From NCBI GenBank assembly GCA_964035545.1, contig OZ037766.1:14684722-14748721 (forward strand): 64,000 nucleotides of DNA, read 5' to 3'. Positions 51,745-64,000 of this stretch are shown here, in pieces. The notes beneath the pieces were generated by a model. It saw only the letters and a program-made list of their open reading frames with translations. It was not told the DNA's origin and ran no database searches. Origin of the DNA: Bugula neritina. Its lineage: Eukaryota; Animalia; Bryozoa. The stretch's first letter is position 1; each line of letters begins with the position of its first letter. The position numbers were made by a program, and so were the translations under genes.

Positions 51745-54700
51745 GTAAAATCTAGGAGCAATAACAATATGAATATTACAAATTAAAGTATAATCACATT
51801 CACATTGACATTGAGTTTGACATTGTCATTATCTTTGCGCCTTGTGAAACTTTGTAATCAGTAATACTAATACTAATAGTAATAGTAATACTAATAGTAA
51901 TACTAATGGTACTACTAAGAGTAATAGTAATACTAATACTGAGACGTAATACTAATAGTAATTACTAATTATTATTATGATTATGATAATGCAAAATTTA
52001 CTATTTAGTTTAACATGTTGAACTTGATTTTGAACCTGAAGTGATGCTGTAGTTCTTTAACAATAACTCTGCCACAGTCTGAGTCTCACTTGACTAGTGA
52101 CTGGTCTAACTCTGTCACTCAATCAGAATCAGTGACAGTATGAGTATCATTATCATTGTGATTATGACATGCAAATTGAAATCTCTATGAAAGTATGATA
52201 GATAATGACTCTCAGTATCAGGTATCACCACCATCATCATTAAGTTATTGATTAACTTAAGTAATCATCATCATGAAGTGACCAATATCATCATAATGAT
52301 GATCATGATATTAGTTTTAGCCTTTAGCTCACTTTAGGTTCATAATTATTATTATATCAATATGTGCACAGCACAAAAATAAACTTGAAGTGACAAAAGC
52401 TGCCCTTGAATCTTCAGTCTTCTAAATTGAAATAAGTAATAAAATTAAAAATACAACTAGATGTGGTGCTCTATGTTAGCGCTTTACTAAAAATTAAAAC
52501 GTAACTTTTAATTTAATAAGGTTGCAGCCAAATGTGAAGTAATTATAACTTTTATCAAAATATCAGCACCAAAATCAAATTCAGAGTACATTATGACTGT
52601 AGTTGGTAATGGTAATCTGTTTAAATAATTATTAACCAGGAAGCCAGATACTCATACTTTAGCTTTTGCATCTAAATGCAATCAAAGTTATATTTTGAAA
52701 AGCATGTATCATTAAAAATACTACAAATGTTGTTGGGAGTATCAATGATTTCTTCAATAAACTGACAGAAAATATCAAGTCTCTTGCCTGTACTGGTTTG
52801 TGAGAGCATACTGAAAAATAGTGGTAAGATTATAAGGAATAACCCAATTTCAAACACACCAACTGCACCACATCAGATGAATGAAAACGTGGCAACTTAA
52901 ATTTAATATGATAAGTACATTTCAACATATATTAGCTCATTTACAGATATAGAGATATTTTCTAACACAAACTGGCTCTTTTGTCTATTGTGGTGTACCG
53001 GCTTCCAATTTTTTCATTTTTATTGAACACATAAGCTACATTTTAAACTAGGCAACCTATGCATGCTCATTCAAGTAGCATATTCTAGCGTTTGAGGACC
53101 AGTATTTGATCATGCCCCTGAAGTCCGGAATCTTCATGTTGGTCAATTTCTGAGCAATTCAAAATTAATGTATCCTATTTCACTCATAGTTTGAATATTA
53201 ATCATTTTATGGATACCACACTATGAGGCATTCTTTTTAGACAGAGGAGTGAAGTTTTGCAAAATTTATTGTATAATTTTTGATCCCCAGGAATTCCGGC
53301 AGACCTCTTTAGTCCTATAGTCAGTTCACTCCATATTCCTAGCCAGATTTTTTTATCTGGTGCTTCCTTTGTAGTAACACTTGCATTTCCTTGTAAATGC
53401 TTATAAAAATGTTATTGTGTTGTTGACAAAAATTTACTGATCATACTAGGTTTTTTATATTTCTACGTCTTTTACCTCACTTTTTTTCTTTTGCTTTGGT
53501 ACTTAGATCATGCCCTTTGTTTTATTTTGTTATTTTTTGATATTATCATTGCTATTGTTTCTAGTTTACCAAAGTGCTTATAGAAAGACTGTTGTGTCAA
53601 CCATATCCAGCTTATAGCGCTTTTAAAATCTATAAAGTTGCTACCCTAGAACTATCAATCTTCTTAGCCGAAATTTCTAACCAAAAAGTTATATTTTAGT
53701 TTGAGAAAATGGCTTGTCTTCTCGTTCAGTTACTGAGTAGATTAGTTAAAGGCCACTATTTTTCGTAAATGATAAAGGTTTTCATTAAAGCTACAATCAA
53801 GAGCTGTATCTTTTATCCATGCCCATCTTACAGATTATCAACTATATTTACATTCTATTAGTTAATGTGGTTTCTTTACATCTGTTCGTTAGTTCCTACT
53901 GAGTAGCCCTATGGTGAGTCAAGCCAGAAACTATAAACCCAAGTTGAACAAAAACATGCATCTCTTCTCATGACCCCAAGTTGTTTTTTGCCATGGTAGT
54001 ACTATTCTAAATTTTCTCAGCTCTTGTGTTGAAGGTGATAGAAGGTATAGCGAAAGCTATTGTAACTACACCGGGTTGTAGTCTGTTGGATGTAGATCCT
54101 GGGCCGTCAACTAATCGCACAGTATATACCTTTGTTGGTTCACCGGAGGATGTGGTTAAAGGGGCTCTTGCCGGGGCCATGGCTGCAGCTCAGCTTATTG
54201 ACATGGCGCATCACAGGGGTAATTTAAGGGTCCAGTTTAGCTCTTATAATTCTTAGAATACACTTGATTAAAAATGTTGATTCATAATTTTATTTTGATT
54301 AAAATGAAGTTGATTTCTAGTACAGTTGAAAGTTGGTTTTGTTGAAAAATTTGAAAAATAATTGTTGACTTCGATCTCAGCAGCATAATATGAATATTGC
54401 TAATTGAAAATTCATAATGTATAATGTATTATTATTTTCTAGTTGTCAGTCGATGTAATAACATAAGCAATGTTTCACTCAGATCTAAAACTACAAGTTT
54501 TGTAATTTAGGAATTTTGTAGTGTTCTTGACACACAGACACTAATCTTTTCTTCATTAATTGTGTCATTCATGACAGCTGTTAGACTACACCCTTGCTAG
54601 GTATTGTACTAATATATCATACATGTTTCTGTTTAGGTGAACATCCAAGAATAGGAGCTTTAGATGTTTGCCCTTTTGTCCCAGTACAAGAGGTTTCTAT

Positions 54701-57700
54701 GGCCGAATGTGTTGATTGTGCTAATAAGTTTGCATCTGCTTTAGCTGACACCTTGAATGTCCCAGGTAAATTAGACACTGCATCTCTAAACCAGCATCAT
54801 TTCTTACAAACTCATTATCAATGTGATTTGACATCCTTCTGTTCCTATTGAATACACAGATTTTTGCCAGCAATAATCTGCTAAATATGTCTGGAATCCC
54901 AATGTTACCCTGGTTTTGTTGAGGCTAGTTTTAGTAGCTCTGTTTTCCCTAGATACAACCTATTGTGGATAAGGCTTAATACACAGTTGAAAATTTATGT
55001 AAATGTTCCTGATCAAGAAGAATTTCCTACATCCTTAGAAAGCATAATTCATAAATTTACTAAAGCATACTTGTTTGCAATGTGCTCAATAATTTATTTA
55101 AAATAATTGATACAGCATTAGTTGTACTGGTTGTTGTATGAGTGTACGTATGTTATCTGGTTATTAAGAAGTTTAAATTAAGGAAAATTTTGAGTTTTTG
55201 TTAGATGCATTGTGCTGTAGAATATAATTATAGTCATCAAACTTGTATACGATGTTGCGTAATAAACAAACCTTCACTCAATGTAAGTATAGAACATATT
55301 TTGTGTAGTTTCCATTTAAATTTACAGCCTACAGCCAAGTTTTAATTACTATAACCGTTATGTAGTAATGAAGAAGTTTTAAAACACTGACTAAAGGAAA
55401 GGTAAAACGCACATCATCAGTATAAAAAGCGCCAACATTTTAAATGTTGACAGCGTCCACCTTTGATTTCTCTTTAGTCTGTTTAACTTATAACGCTGCC
55501 TTGGAATAGAGCTACAGGCGCCTGATGTGAGCACTAGCATGTGAAACAGCCATTATAAGTAGCAACTTTCATCAAATTCTATTCATCGATCAAAGTTCAA
55601 ATATTTCAAAAATCCACGCTTTAATCCTTTTCTTTTCTTCACTTGATAATAAATATTTCTACTTTCATTAGATAAACATTGTGATCAATTTTAGAAAGCT
55701 GCAAGCTAATGCTAATTTTCAAATTTTGTCAATCCAGGGTTTCCAATCTATAATATGGGGGCAAGGGGTGACATAAAAGCTGCCCTACTGGCATGGGACT
55801 AGTATATTGACCCATGGCTGTTTTAAATTTTGCTTTTAACTTATGCTTTGTTTGTTTGTTGGGAGTTTGGAATCTGCTTTATGAATTATTATTTATTGCT
55901 TGATTTCATAGTAAGTAGTATAATATGCTATTGTTGTAAAACCTTCATTGCTTTCATACATCAGCACCAGTGGGCCAGTAAGATTAGCTCAGACGTCTGC
56001 TTGGCTATGTTTTGACCGTAATTTATTTCCCTGTTTTATGCAAACTGATATTTTACACATTTACAGTGTTTTTGTATGGACATGCCTCAACCCAAGATCA
56101 TAGAAAAACTGTGCCTCAAATTCGATCTGGTGAATATGAATCTCTTGAAGAAAAGGTGAACATTTTAAGTGCACTACTTTTTATTTATAGTGCTACCGGT
56201 ATATGTACTTTAGTAGCTATGCTATCAATCAGCAAGCCAATACCTAATAAGTTTCAATTTTAGTCAAAATCTTTGATGTAAAATATTCTGGCCAGCTACA
56301 CAATTGATCGAAATTGCTCAGTGTTTTATTGGAAGTGTTCAAAATGGTGATACAAACATTTTCTAGGTGTTTACATAGTACAGGTTGTCTAATAATTTTC
56401 TTATTGTTTTAGTTGAAGCAGCCTGAGTGGGCGCCAGATTATGGTCCTGCAGAATTTATACCCAGTTGGGGGGCAACTATTGTGGGTGCCCGTAATTTCC
56501 TAATAGCTTACAATGTCAATGTGCTGGGTACAAAGGAGCAAGCTCACCGAATAGCCTTGAACATCAGGGAACAGGGCAGGGGTCAGGATCAGGTGTGTGA
56601 ATGCTACTCTAGTAATCCTTTACTTGTGAATATTCATAATATTATGCTGTGTCACTGAAATGTGATGTATTGCTTGTTTTAGCCCGGTAGACTGAAAAAT
56701 GTTCAGGCTATTGGGTGGTATCTGCAAGAAGCCAACTTAGCTCAGGTTTCTATCAATGTTACAAACGTGGCGACAACTCCAATTCACATTGTGTATGAAG
56801 AATGCTTGAAAGATGCTAAGGTATTTCAACCATATGATTTATAGATTTTCATATAATATATCCTAATTATTATAAAACTCCATTATATTTTAAACAATGC
56901 TGTCACTATATATGCAATGCTATAGCACACATTATATACTGTGATAAGACAAGGAACCCCCCTAGCTACATATTCCTCATTGTGCTAATTTGTTATACAC
57001 GCAGCTAGTGAATGCTATAACTGGATTGTAGGAGCTGAATCTAAGTGTGGTTGGCTCAGAGGTGGTTGGTCTGATTCCAAAGTCCTGCATCCTGGAGGCT
57101 GCTGAGTTCTACATCAACAGGGAGAATCTGTTCATATTGGAGGAGGAGCAGAAAGTCAGACTGGCTATAGAACGGCTTGGCCTTCATTCTATCAAACATT
57201 TTGAGCCTAAAGAGAAAATTATTGAGTGAGTATATGATTTATACTGAATGTATATATACTGTATACTGAGTGTATATATACTGTATATTGAGTGTATGTA
57301 TACTGTACACTGAGGTTATATACTGTATACTGAGTATATTGTATACTGTATACTGTGGGTATATAATGTATACTGTATATAATGTATATAATGTGAATAT
57401 ACTGTATACTATATATACTCATGCTGTACTATGTAAACTTATAACAACAATGAACTGTGCAGGTACATGCTGGACTCAGACGAGTCTCTGGTCTCTCCCC
57501 TTTCCTCGCTGTCTGTTAAAGACTTTGTATCGTCTGTAGCAGCTCGAACAGCAGTTCCAGGAGGAGGTTCTGTAGCAGCTCTGGTTGGATCTGTGGTAAC
57601 TAAACTTTATGAGATAACTCTAATGTTTCAAGTGTTGAACCATATATATAGGGTTTGCATTTTATTTATGTAATCTTGAATTTTTATCTTGTTTGATGTA

Positions 57701-60700
57701 AATAAAATTATTGATTTTACAAAAAAACTACCTTTCAATTCCTCTTATGAATATTGTACACTGTTACCATAAATGTTATCATAGATAATGTGTACACTGT
57801 TGTCATAAATATTGTATGCACTCTTGTCATAGATACTGTATATTGTTGTATTATTCAGGGTGCGGGACTTGGTGCTATGGCATCTTTGCTTACATATGGC
57901 AATAAGAAGTTTGAAAGTCTAGATACCCAGATGAGGAAACTGATACCTCCACTCTACTCTTTGTCACATGAGTTGGTGCCTCTGGTTGATGCAGACAGCG
58001 CTGCCTTTAACCAGTTTATGGTATGCATTGTTGATGCGTTAATAGTCTGGCTATTTCTAATATCATGTTTTACTTATACATGTTATACGTACATTGTTAT
58101 ATTGTTTTGGGGTAAAAGTACAATTTTTTTTTAATAAACGTAGCAAATTGTAAATTTTAGTTTGCACAGTATAGTATATGCTTATTTATATATTGATAGA
58201 CAGAGTATTTTTTAAGATTATTTGGAGTTGAAATTCTTCGTTGCTATTATACTAATGAGTAAAGAAGAATGGGCAATAAACAGAGTAAAATATTATTTTC
58301 TGTAGGAAGCTGCCAAGATGCCTGGCAAAACCGAGCAAGAAATAGAAAAGTAAGAGCTGATTTCCTATATTTATAGAGAGCTAATAGAAATATTGTTCTA
58401 AATACCAGTATATGTGGATGTAATAAATCATTTCCCTTGAAAAATTTCACAGAATAACTACCTGTTAGAATATCAAACTATCTCTTAGCAAATCTTGAAT
58501 TTAGAACTATATATTGTACGTGTGAAATGTATAGCTACTGGAATCTTAAAAAGATTTCTTGTTTTAGTAGCATCTTTCAGTCAAATGAAGGACTAATTGA
58601 AATTTATTATTTTTTAGTCTTAGAAATATCTGATTAGGTGTTATGTTATATAACATATTTTTTAATGCAATGTTATCATAAAAAACTTCTACACACAACT
58701 ATTGGCAAGTCGAACATCAATATTCAAACTAAATGACTTGCCTATTGTTTCAGGAAGGAACAAGCAAAGAAGGAGGCACTAACCAATGCAATTTCTGTAC
58801 CATCTACTTTAGCAAAGAAAGTCAACACTGTATGGCCAGTTTTAAAGGAAGTGTCACCCATTGTGAACATCCAGTGTAAATCTGATGTACAGGTAAGTGT
58901 ATAGTAACGTACAGGTAAATACGAGCAGTGACTTCCATACACACAATACTGAGTATACTGCATAATGGACAGCTGCTGGATATGATAATTTTCTTTTTTC
59001 CTTTCAAATCTAAATTTAATCTATAAAAGCAGACACAAACATGTTCCAGCTTTAGTGTGAATACATGGTATTGCAACAGAGAATTAGAAAGTCAATCTTT
59101 AAAGTTGGGTTATTTGATAAGTTGCAATGCAGGTGTACTGTGCTTGTAGTGGATTGGGTTGTTTCTAGGTGTGTGTCAGATGTTTACAAACAGCTGTCTG
59201 GGGTGCCTATTACAATGTCATGACTAACATAAAGGATGTCACAGATGAAAAGTACAAACAGCAGGCTAGTTACACACTTATATATATTTTCTCACAACAG
59301 TATGGTAGCCTATTCTCTTATTCAAGTGACTTCTGCTGGTAATTATGACAAACACTGATTACCAACATTATTTATTCAATATAAATAAAAAATTGGTTGG
59401 AAAATCATCCTCTAGATGTAATGTAACAGTTTAGTCTTTAAGCATGGTTGAACAAAATTTTAATAGTTTCATCAGTTTAAATGAATTTTCATTTATTATA
59501 GGTTTCTTTATATAATGGCTTTAACTGTAAAATTAATTATTTTTAGACTTTAATTAAAAAAAGACTGAAGTTTTAATTATTATAATTATTTAAGCTCATT
59601 CAAGTAAAGTAATTTAATCTAATTGTAATTTAAAATGAACTCACAGAATCTATGGTATGATATATATTGAATTTTAAATAGAAGTTAAATTTAAACTTTA
59701 TAGAAATAAATTTGGTAAAACAACCAGGAGGCCCAGTGAAGATAACCAATATTTTTGACACAAAAAAATTTTTTAGGTTCATCATTGATTTTTATGCGTG
59801 TCTTGGTAAAAAGTGGTTCTAGAAAGGTTCCTGATTTTATTAGCATAGTAAATTATTTGATCTTGTGTCTAAAATTTTATTCAAACTTTAGTAAGATAAT
59901 TTGAATTTTTTGTTGAAAGAAAACAAAGTCTGCCACTGTTAAACTAGCTTGCCTGAGTTAGCATTTTAGGGAGTCAACTCTATGTTCTGGCCTTGACTGC
60001 CTAATTTCTGCTAATACATCGCAATGTAGTTGTCTATGATCTATAAGCAATGGTAGAATTGGATAAGCAAAGCTTATGAAGTTGCAGGTGGGAAAGGAGT
60101 GTTCAAACCCAACCCTCTTCCTGCCTGCTTAGCAAAAATAGAACTGAACAGGTAGATAGGAGTATAACGGGGTTGGGTGCTACTTTGTCGTACCAATTTT
60201 TATCATTGACCATAAGGAGAATGAATTAAAATGAGGCAATAATATTAACTAGGCAGGTGGGCCCGTTGTGTCACAAATCAAATTTAAAATTACTATAATT
60301 GTAATTCTATTTATCAATTCTATATTAGCAATATGCTGCAGTAATACTGACAGTACTATTACTAATATTTGTAACACATAGCATTAGCCATTATTTATTG
60401 CAAACATTATATTTGCTAATTATTACTATCAGTTAACTAATAATTCTGTAGGTAACTCAGTTATTCACCAACTTAAACCTTCTTTAATTATCATTTGTGC
60501 TCTACTGCAGCTGTTGAAGCTCAATAATAATAACATAGTAAACAAATTGCAAGCCTGTAAATCATTATGTGACACCTAGAACCTGTAATTGATGGACATA
60601 TTTGTTGTTTTGCTATTTTCATAATACTTTTTCATACCTTATAAACCATAAACTAAAGAATTTAATGCAAGTAACTTTTAATGAAATTTTATTTTGCTGA

Positions 60701-61788
60701 TTCAAATTACTATTAAGCAAAATTTTACATTTATATGCATTATCTGCCAACTTTTAATTCGTGCAGATGTACTCAAATCTCGTTTGTTTTGCAAACTTTC
60801 TCTTCGACTCAGTTGTTTGGCTATATTACTCCTTATTAAAGGTATTAATTGAGCTAAATTAATTGTAAAATTTAGCTTTTGGTTTCAAAATCTTTACAAA
60901 ATAAAATACAGCCTAAACATACACATTAAAAAACTATCTAAATATTTTAGATCAATACATGTAAAAAAATTGATAGTGCTTTATTGTGAGATAGATTGCC
61001 AAACTAATTCAATAATTAAATTATCCTTGCACTTTATTGCAATGTGTGAAAGAAAAGACATGCCAGTAAGAGGTTTAGCCACCTTTATATAATTATGAGT
61101 AAATATAGTAAAAGTTTCCATAATCCAAGTGACTGATTAGACTTTATTGTTTGTGTATTTGGTGAATAATTCAGTGTACTACTTTTTTTGTAGAAAGTGA
61201 AGTGGTTGCATTCTTCGTGCAGTGAAGCTTCTAGCTAGTTGGCTTAATATTTAAAATAGAATAAAAGTGATTAATTTAAAATTTTTATCATTTTAAAGTT
61301 TAAGATTTATCTATTATACATTTATACATAAGTAAGTACATTTGCACTACAGAAATAAACTCCACAAGATAGACTGCAATAAATGATTTGTAATAGGGAT
61401 AAATTTTAAGCCTTCTTTTCCTCCTAAATGGTTAAACTGAGATTCAAATAAATAAATGGCCTTTAAATTTAATTAACATTTAGTTTTATAGGGTGCATGT
61501 CATCTAATAGATTGAAACATAAATTACCTATTATAATATGTGAAACTGTTTAATATGTTGCACAACTAAAAATACAAACTCCAAAGCCCTTTTTCTTTGC
61601 ACTGATTGTTACTAGGGTAACATATAAGAAGTTTAAAATTACTGCCTGCAAGATAACCAATATTTAAGCTACCAGTTTCTTTACTGGAGAGTAATTTATT
61701 GCAGGTCACTGATGATATCAAAGGGGAAATTAAGACAATGGAGGCAGAGAGTGCCATCATTCTGGATATTCTTGAAAAGCGTGTCTAA
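51691..61788 (+). CDS. FTCD: Formimidoyltransferase-cyclodeaminase, complete 13-exon gene, 1,626-nt CDS, 541 aa
   Basis: join(51691..51744,54035..54218,54637..54765,56067..56155,56413..56592,56683..56820,57032..57225,57463..57595,57859..58020,58306..58349,58754..58892,59169..59264,61705..61788). All phases are compatible. Motifs: [33 protein letters not shown] (catalytic His82), [28 protein letters not shown]. Confidence 0.95.
51861..51990. repeat. Degenerate (TAATAC/TAATAG)n and (ATT/ATG)n microsatellite in FTCD intron 1
   Basis: gtaatactaatactaatagtaatagtaatactaatagtaatactaat... Confidence 0.8.
54035..54218 (+). CDS. FTCD: FTCD exon 2 (VIEGIAKAI...DMAHHR)
   Basis: AG acceptor; donor G|GTAATT; 184 nt; contains [12 protein letters not shown]. 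Confidence 0.93.
54637..54765 (+). CDS. FTCD: FTCD exon 3 ([14 protein letters not shown]...LNVP)
   Basis: TTTAG acceptor; donor CAG|GTAAAT; 129 nt. Confidence 0.94.
56067..56155 (+). CDS. FTCD: FTCD exon 4 (VFLYG...GEYESLEEK)
   Basis: TACAG acceptor; donor AAG|GTGAAC; 89 nt. Confidence 0.93.
56413..56592 (+). CDS. FTCD: FTCD exon 5 ([12 protein letters not shown]...QGRGQDQ)
   Basis: TTTAG acceptor; donor CAG|GTGTGT; 180 nt. Confidence 0.94.
56683..56820 (+). CDS. FTCD: FTCD exon 6 ([14 protein letters not shown]...CLKDAK)
   Basis: TTTAG acceptor; donor AAG|GTATTT; 138 nt. Not in the ORF track; translated by hand. Confidence 0.92.
57032..57225 (+). CDS. FTCD: FTCD exon 7 ([16 protein letters not shown]...KEKIIE)
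   Basis: TGTAG acceptor; donor GA|GTGAGT; 194 nt. Confidence 0.92.
57232..57425. repeat. Degenerate (TATACTG)n-type simple repeat filling most of FTCD intron 7
   Basis: tatactgtatactgagtgtatatatactgtatattgag... This repeat explains the low-complexity Y/I/T-rich ORFs here. Confidence 0.8.
57463..57595 (+). CDS. FTCD: FTCD exon 8 (YMLDS...[13 protein letters not shown])
   Basis: TGCAG acceptor; donor GTG|GTAACT; 133 nt; start of the cyclodeaminase domain. Confidence 0.9.
57755..57850. repeat. Short degenerate minisatellite (TGTACACTGTTGTCATAAATA-like units) in FTCD intron 8
   Basis: 3-4 imperfect copies immediately upstream of exon 9. Confidence 0.55.
57859..58020 (+). CDS. FTCD: FTCD exon 9 (GAGLGAM...[12 protein letters not shown])
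   Basis: TTCAG acceptor; donor ATG|GTATGC; 162 nt. Confidence 0.92.
58306..58349 (+). CDS. FTCD: FTCD exon 10 ([15 protein letters not shown])
   Basis: TGTAG acceptor; donor AA|GTAAGA; 44 nt. Confidence 0.88.
58754..58892 (+). CDS. FTCD: FTCD exon 11 (KEQAKKEAL...CKSDVQ)
   Basis: TTCAG acceptor; donor CAG|GTAAGT; 139 nt. Confidence 0.9.
59169..59264 (+). CDS. FTCD: FTCD exon 12 ([32 protein letters not shown])
   Basis: TCTAG acceptor; GAYxNVxxN motif; ends at the non-canonical donor CAG|GCTAGT; 96 nt. Confidence 0.85.
61705..61788 (+). CDS. FTCD: FTCD exon 13 ([27 protein letters not shown])
   Basis: TGCAG acceptor; TAA at 61,786-61,788. ILDILEKR resembles the FTCD C-terminus, and this exon brings the total to 541 aa. 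Confidence 0.82.
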   Translation, partial: VTDDIKGEIKTMEAESAIILDILEKRV

Positions 61789-63075
61789 GAAAAGTTTTCT
61801 CAATTCATATTTATTGATAGTGTGTGGTGACACAATAGCAAGAGGTGCTTAACAGACTGTAACTGATATGTGGAAACACTATTACCATGGCACTTAGGTT
61901 GCTGAAGCTATATGTTTACTCCAAGTGATACTACATACGAATAATATGGTGAACAAAGCTTCAAGCTCTAACCGAGAGCAATTAGTCTCTTGGTCAGGTA
62001 AAGCTGTGTTCCATCAAGCCATTGGTGTAAAAAATTTACGGCTTGACCCAATTCAGAAGGACACAACTGCCATAACAGCTGTTTGTAAACCTTTGCTATT
62101 ATAATTATTGTTATTATTAAATACTGCGTGCATGTTTATTATTATAGTTAAGATCTCGTCAATTATGTTGTGAGTGAAACTCTTACCATTCCAAGACTCC
62201 TATATTTTTAGGGAAGGGTAATTTTTGCCAAAAAATTCTATTTGTTGAATGCTGGAGTTTAGAATTTTCAACAATGGCTTTTGAACTTCTTCTGCATTAG
62301 TGGTGTGTTAATGTTGAATAGCTTTTTCCCAATGTTTGCTTAGTTTGATTTTTTCAAGAGCAGAATTTGGAATAAAACTATACTAGTGATCACAACCAGC
62401 TTCATAATTCAAATGTGAGCAGCCTAGCTGAAAACTCCCCCATTTCAATAATTTGAAAGAGAAAGTTCAGAGCATGTGCTTCAACCAGCCCCCTGGTATA
62501 AATAGCCCCAACCTTCCATACCAATGTTAGTACACTTCACAACTACAGAACATGTGACAAAGCTTTACGATTTATAATTTAATTTAATATAAAGGGAGAA
62601 GGGGGTCAATAGAGCCATGCATTTGTGAAAAATTGTGTTGAATTCTTACATCAAAAGGATATTTAAAGTTACAAATCCTTTAATAACACTTCTTTCAAAC
62701 ACATACTGGTGAGATCAGCAGTTATTTGTCCTTGGATGAACACAATGGTCTGCAGCATTTATGATTTATAATCCGTTTCAAGTTAGCGTAAAATATTCTT
62801 AATTTTTGCTTGTATAATTTTGGAGCTAACAAGTTCTTGGTTTGTATGATCAAATGAAGATGGTATTTGATCAGCTAAATGGGGAAATATAAACATTTTT
62901 AAGGCATTTGGAACATATTTTAAATAATATGGTAGGTCAAGGACAACAATTGGTTATCCAATGAAATATTTACATGTAGTTATAAAAAACCATTGTTGGA
63001 CTTAAAGCTATTTAGTGCATATTGTGATATGTTCTGAAATACCTTAGCTGTAAATTTGAGCGAATTTAGAAAACT

Positions 63076-63803
63076 ATGTCAAATCAACTAGCGAAAACTT
63101 CTGATCCTTGTTCTGCCATGCCTATGTAAGTAAAATATTTTAAAGACGACTGCTTGTGTGTTTTAAATAATAAATAGTTATATCACTTATATGTTCTAAA
63201 ACTGGTTTGTCCAATTGTAATAAGATTAGGTTTATCTAAAGTTATAAAACACCTAATAAGTTGATGTTTTTTGAGATTGAGGCAATATTTTGAAAATTGT
63301 ACAAAGTAAGTGTATAACAGAAAAGCTAACTCTGTAACATATTGAATATCTGTGTAAACTGGAATCTAGTATTTAGTATAATAGAAATATTTTTCAACAG
63401 GTGCAGAGGCAGTGAGAGAGGAAGTTCTCCAACTCTGGTTAAGCGTATAACCAGTGAGTCATGTCACACCATTGACGACTTTTCTTTTTGTGACGATGAG
63501 TTTGAGGGGATCCTGGGTTTAATAGCTCAACGTTATGACATATCTGATGATGTCATATCCTCCGGTGAACAAGAAACTGGTTGGTTTTGAGTTATTACGT
63601 TAATATAATTTCTACTGAGATGTTTTGCTCACTCATGAACTAATTGATTTATTGAATAGTTTACATTATATTATAGCCTATCAAGTCTCCTATTTTTGTG
63701 AACATAGAATATATTTTTTATTAGCTCCACCATGTTTTCCCCTTCAATCTCTTGTACCCTGTAACACCAGAAGTAACAGGGTGCAGCCTGCAGGCTGGAG
63801 GGC
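63076..63803 (+). CDS. Putative 5' coding exons of an unidentified gene that continues beyond the window
   Basis: join(63076..63125,63401..63579,63725..63803). Donors GTAAGT, GTTGGT, GTAAGT; acceptors CAACAG, TATTAG. Phases 2 and 1 are compatible, giving MSNQLAKTSDPCSAMPMCRGSERGSSPTLVKRITSESCHTIDDFSFCDDEFEGILGLIAQRYDISDDVISSGEQETAPPCFPLQSLVPCNTRSNRVQPAGWR... I recognise no homology. Confidence 0.45.
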
Positions 63804-64000
63804 GTAAGTATCTGTATATTTTATCACCAACTTTGTACGAGTATTTTGTTAGTTAGAAGATGAAATGTAATGTAACTGTATTTCTGTTATACCTACTATG
63901 AAAGTGTTGTTTTGTTACTCTAATAAATGACAATTATAAATAATTTGTTAAGAGAATGATGTGCAGCAGTTACACTTTTACTGCTCACTTAGAATTTTCT

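Noticed and set aside
52672-56015. Intronic ORFs 52672-52857(-) and 55830-56015(+)
   Set aside because: Chance AT-rich ORFs with non-ATG starts and no homology.
57219-57539. Y/I/T-rich ORFs on both strands
   Set aside because: They are translations of the TATACTG simple repeat.
58893-58920. Duplicated GTACAG|GTAA as an alternative donor after exon 11
   Set aside because: It adds 22 nt containing in-frame stops, so it is non-productive.
58247-61760. Minus-strand ORFs overlapping FTCD exons 10, 11 and 13
   Set aside because: They are antisense shadows of real exons.

Overview
This is AT-rich eukaryotic DNA, most likely from an invertebrate animal (spliceosomal introns; the species cannot be determined). 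It has four parts. (1) 1-~49,616: one uninterrupted tandem satellite of ~148 monomers. The monomers come as short 320-322-bp forms and a long 390-bp form (31 copies counted), are rich in palindromes, and are organised into higher-order repeats and multi-kb block duplications. (2) ~49,483-51,332: a decayed DNA-transposon remnant on the minus strand. Its transposase-like N-terminal fragment (YHKSCY...CVFCQ...LVAAEVKYHKKCY, resembling Academ-type proteins) runs directly into the last satellite monomer. (3) 51,691-61,788: a complete 13-exon FTCD gene (541 aa) that needs one GC-AG intron. (4) From ~63,070: the first exons of a possible unidentified second gene. The most interesting hypothesis is that the satellite is an amplified end of the adjacent transposon. 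Every monomer carries TAG-starting motifs that match the element's opposite terminus in inverted orientation (18/25 nt). No prokaryotic systems or CRISPR arrays are present.
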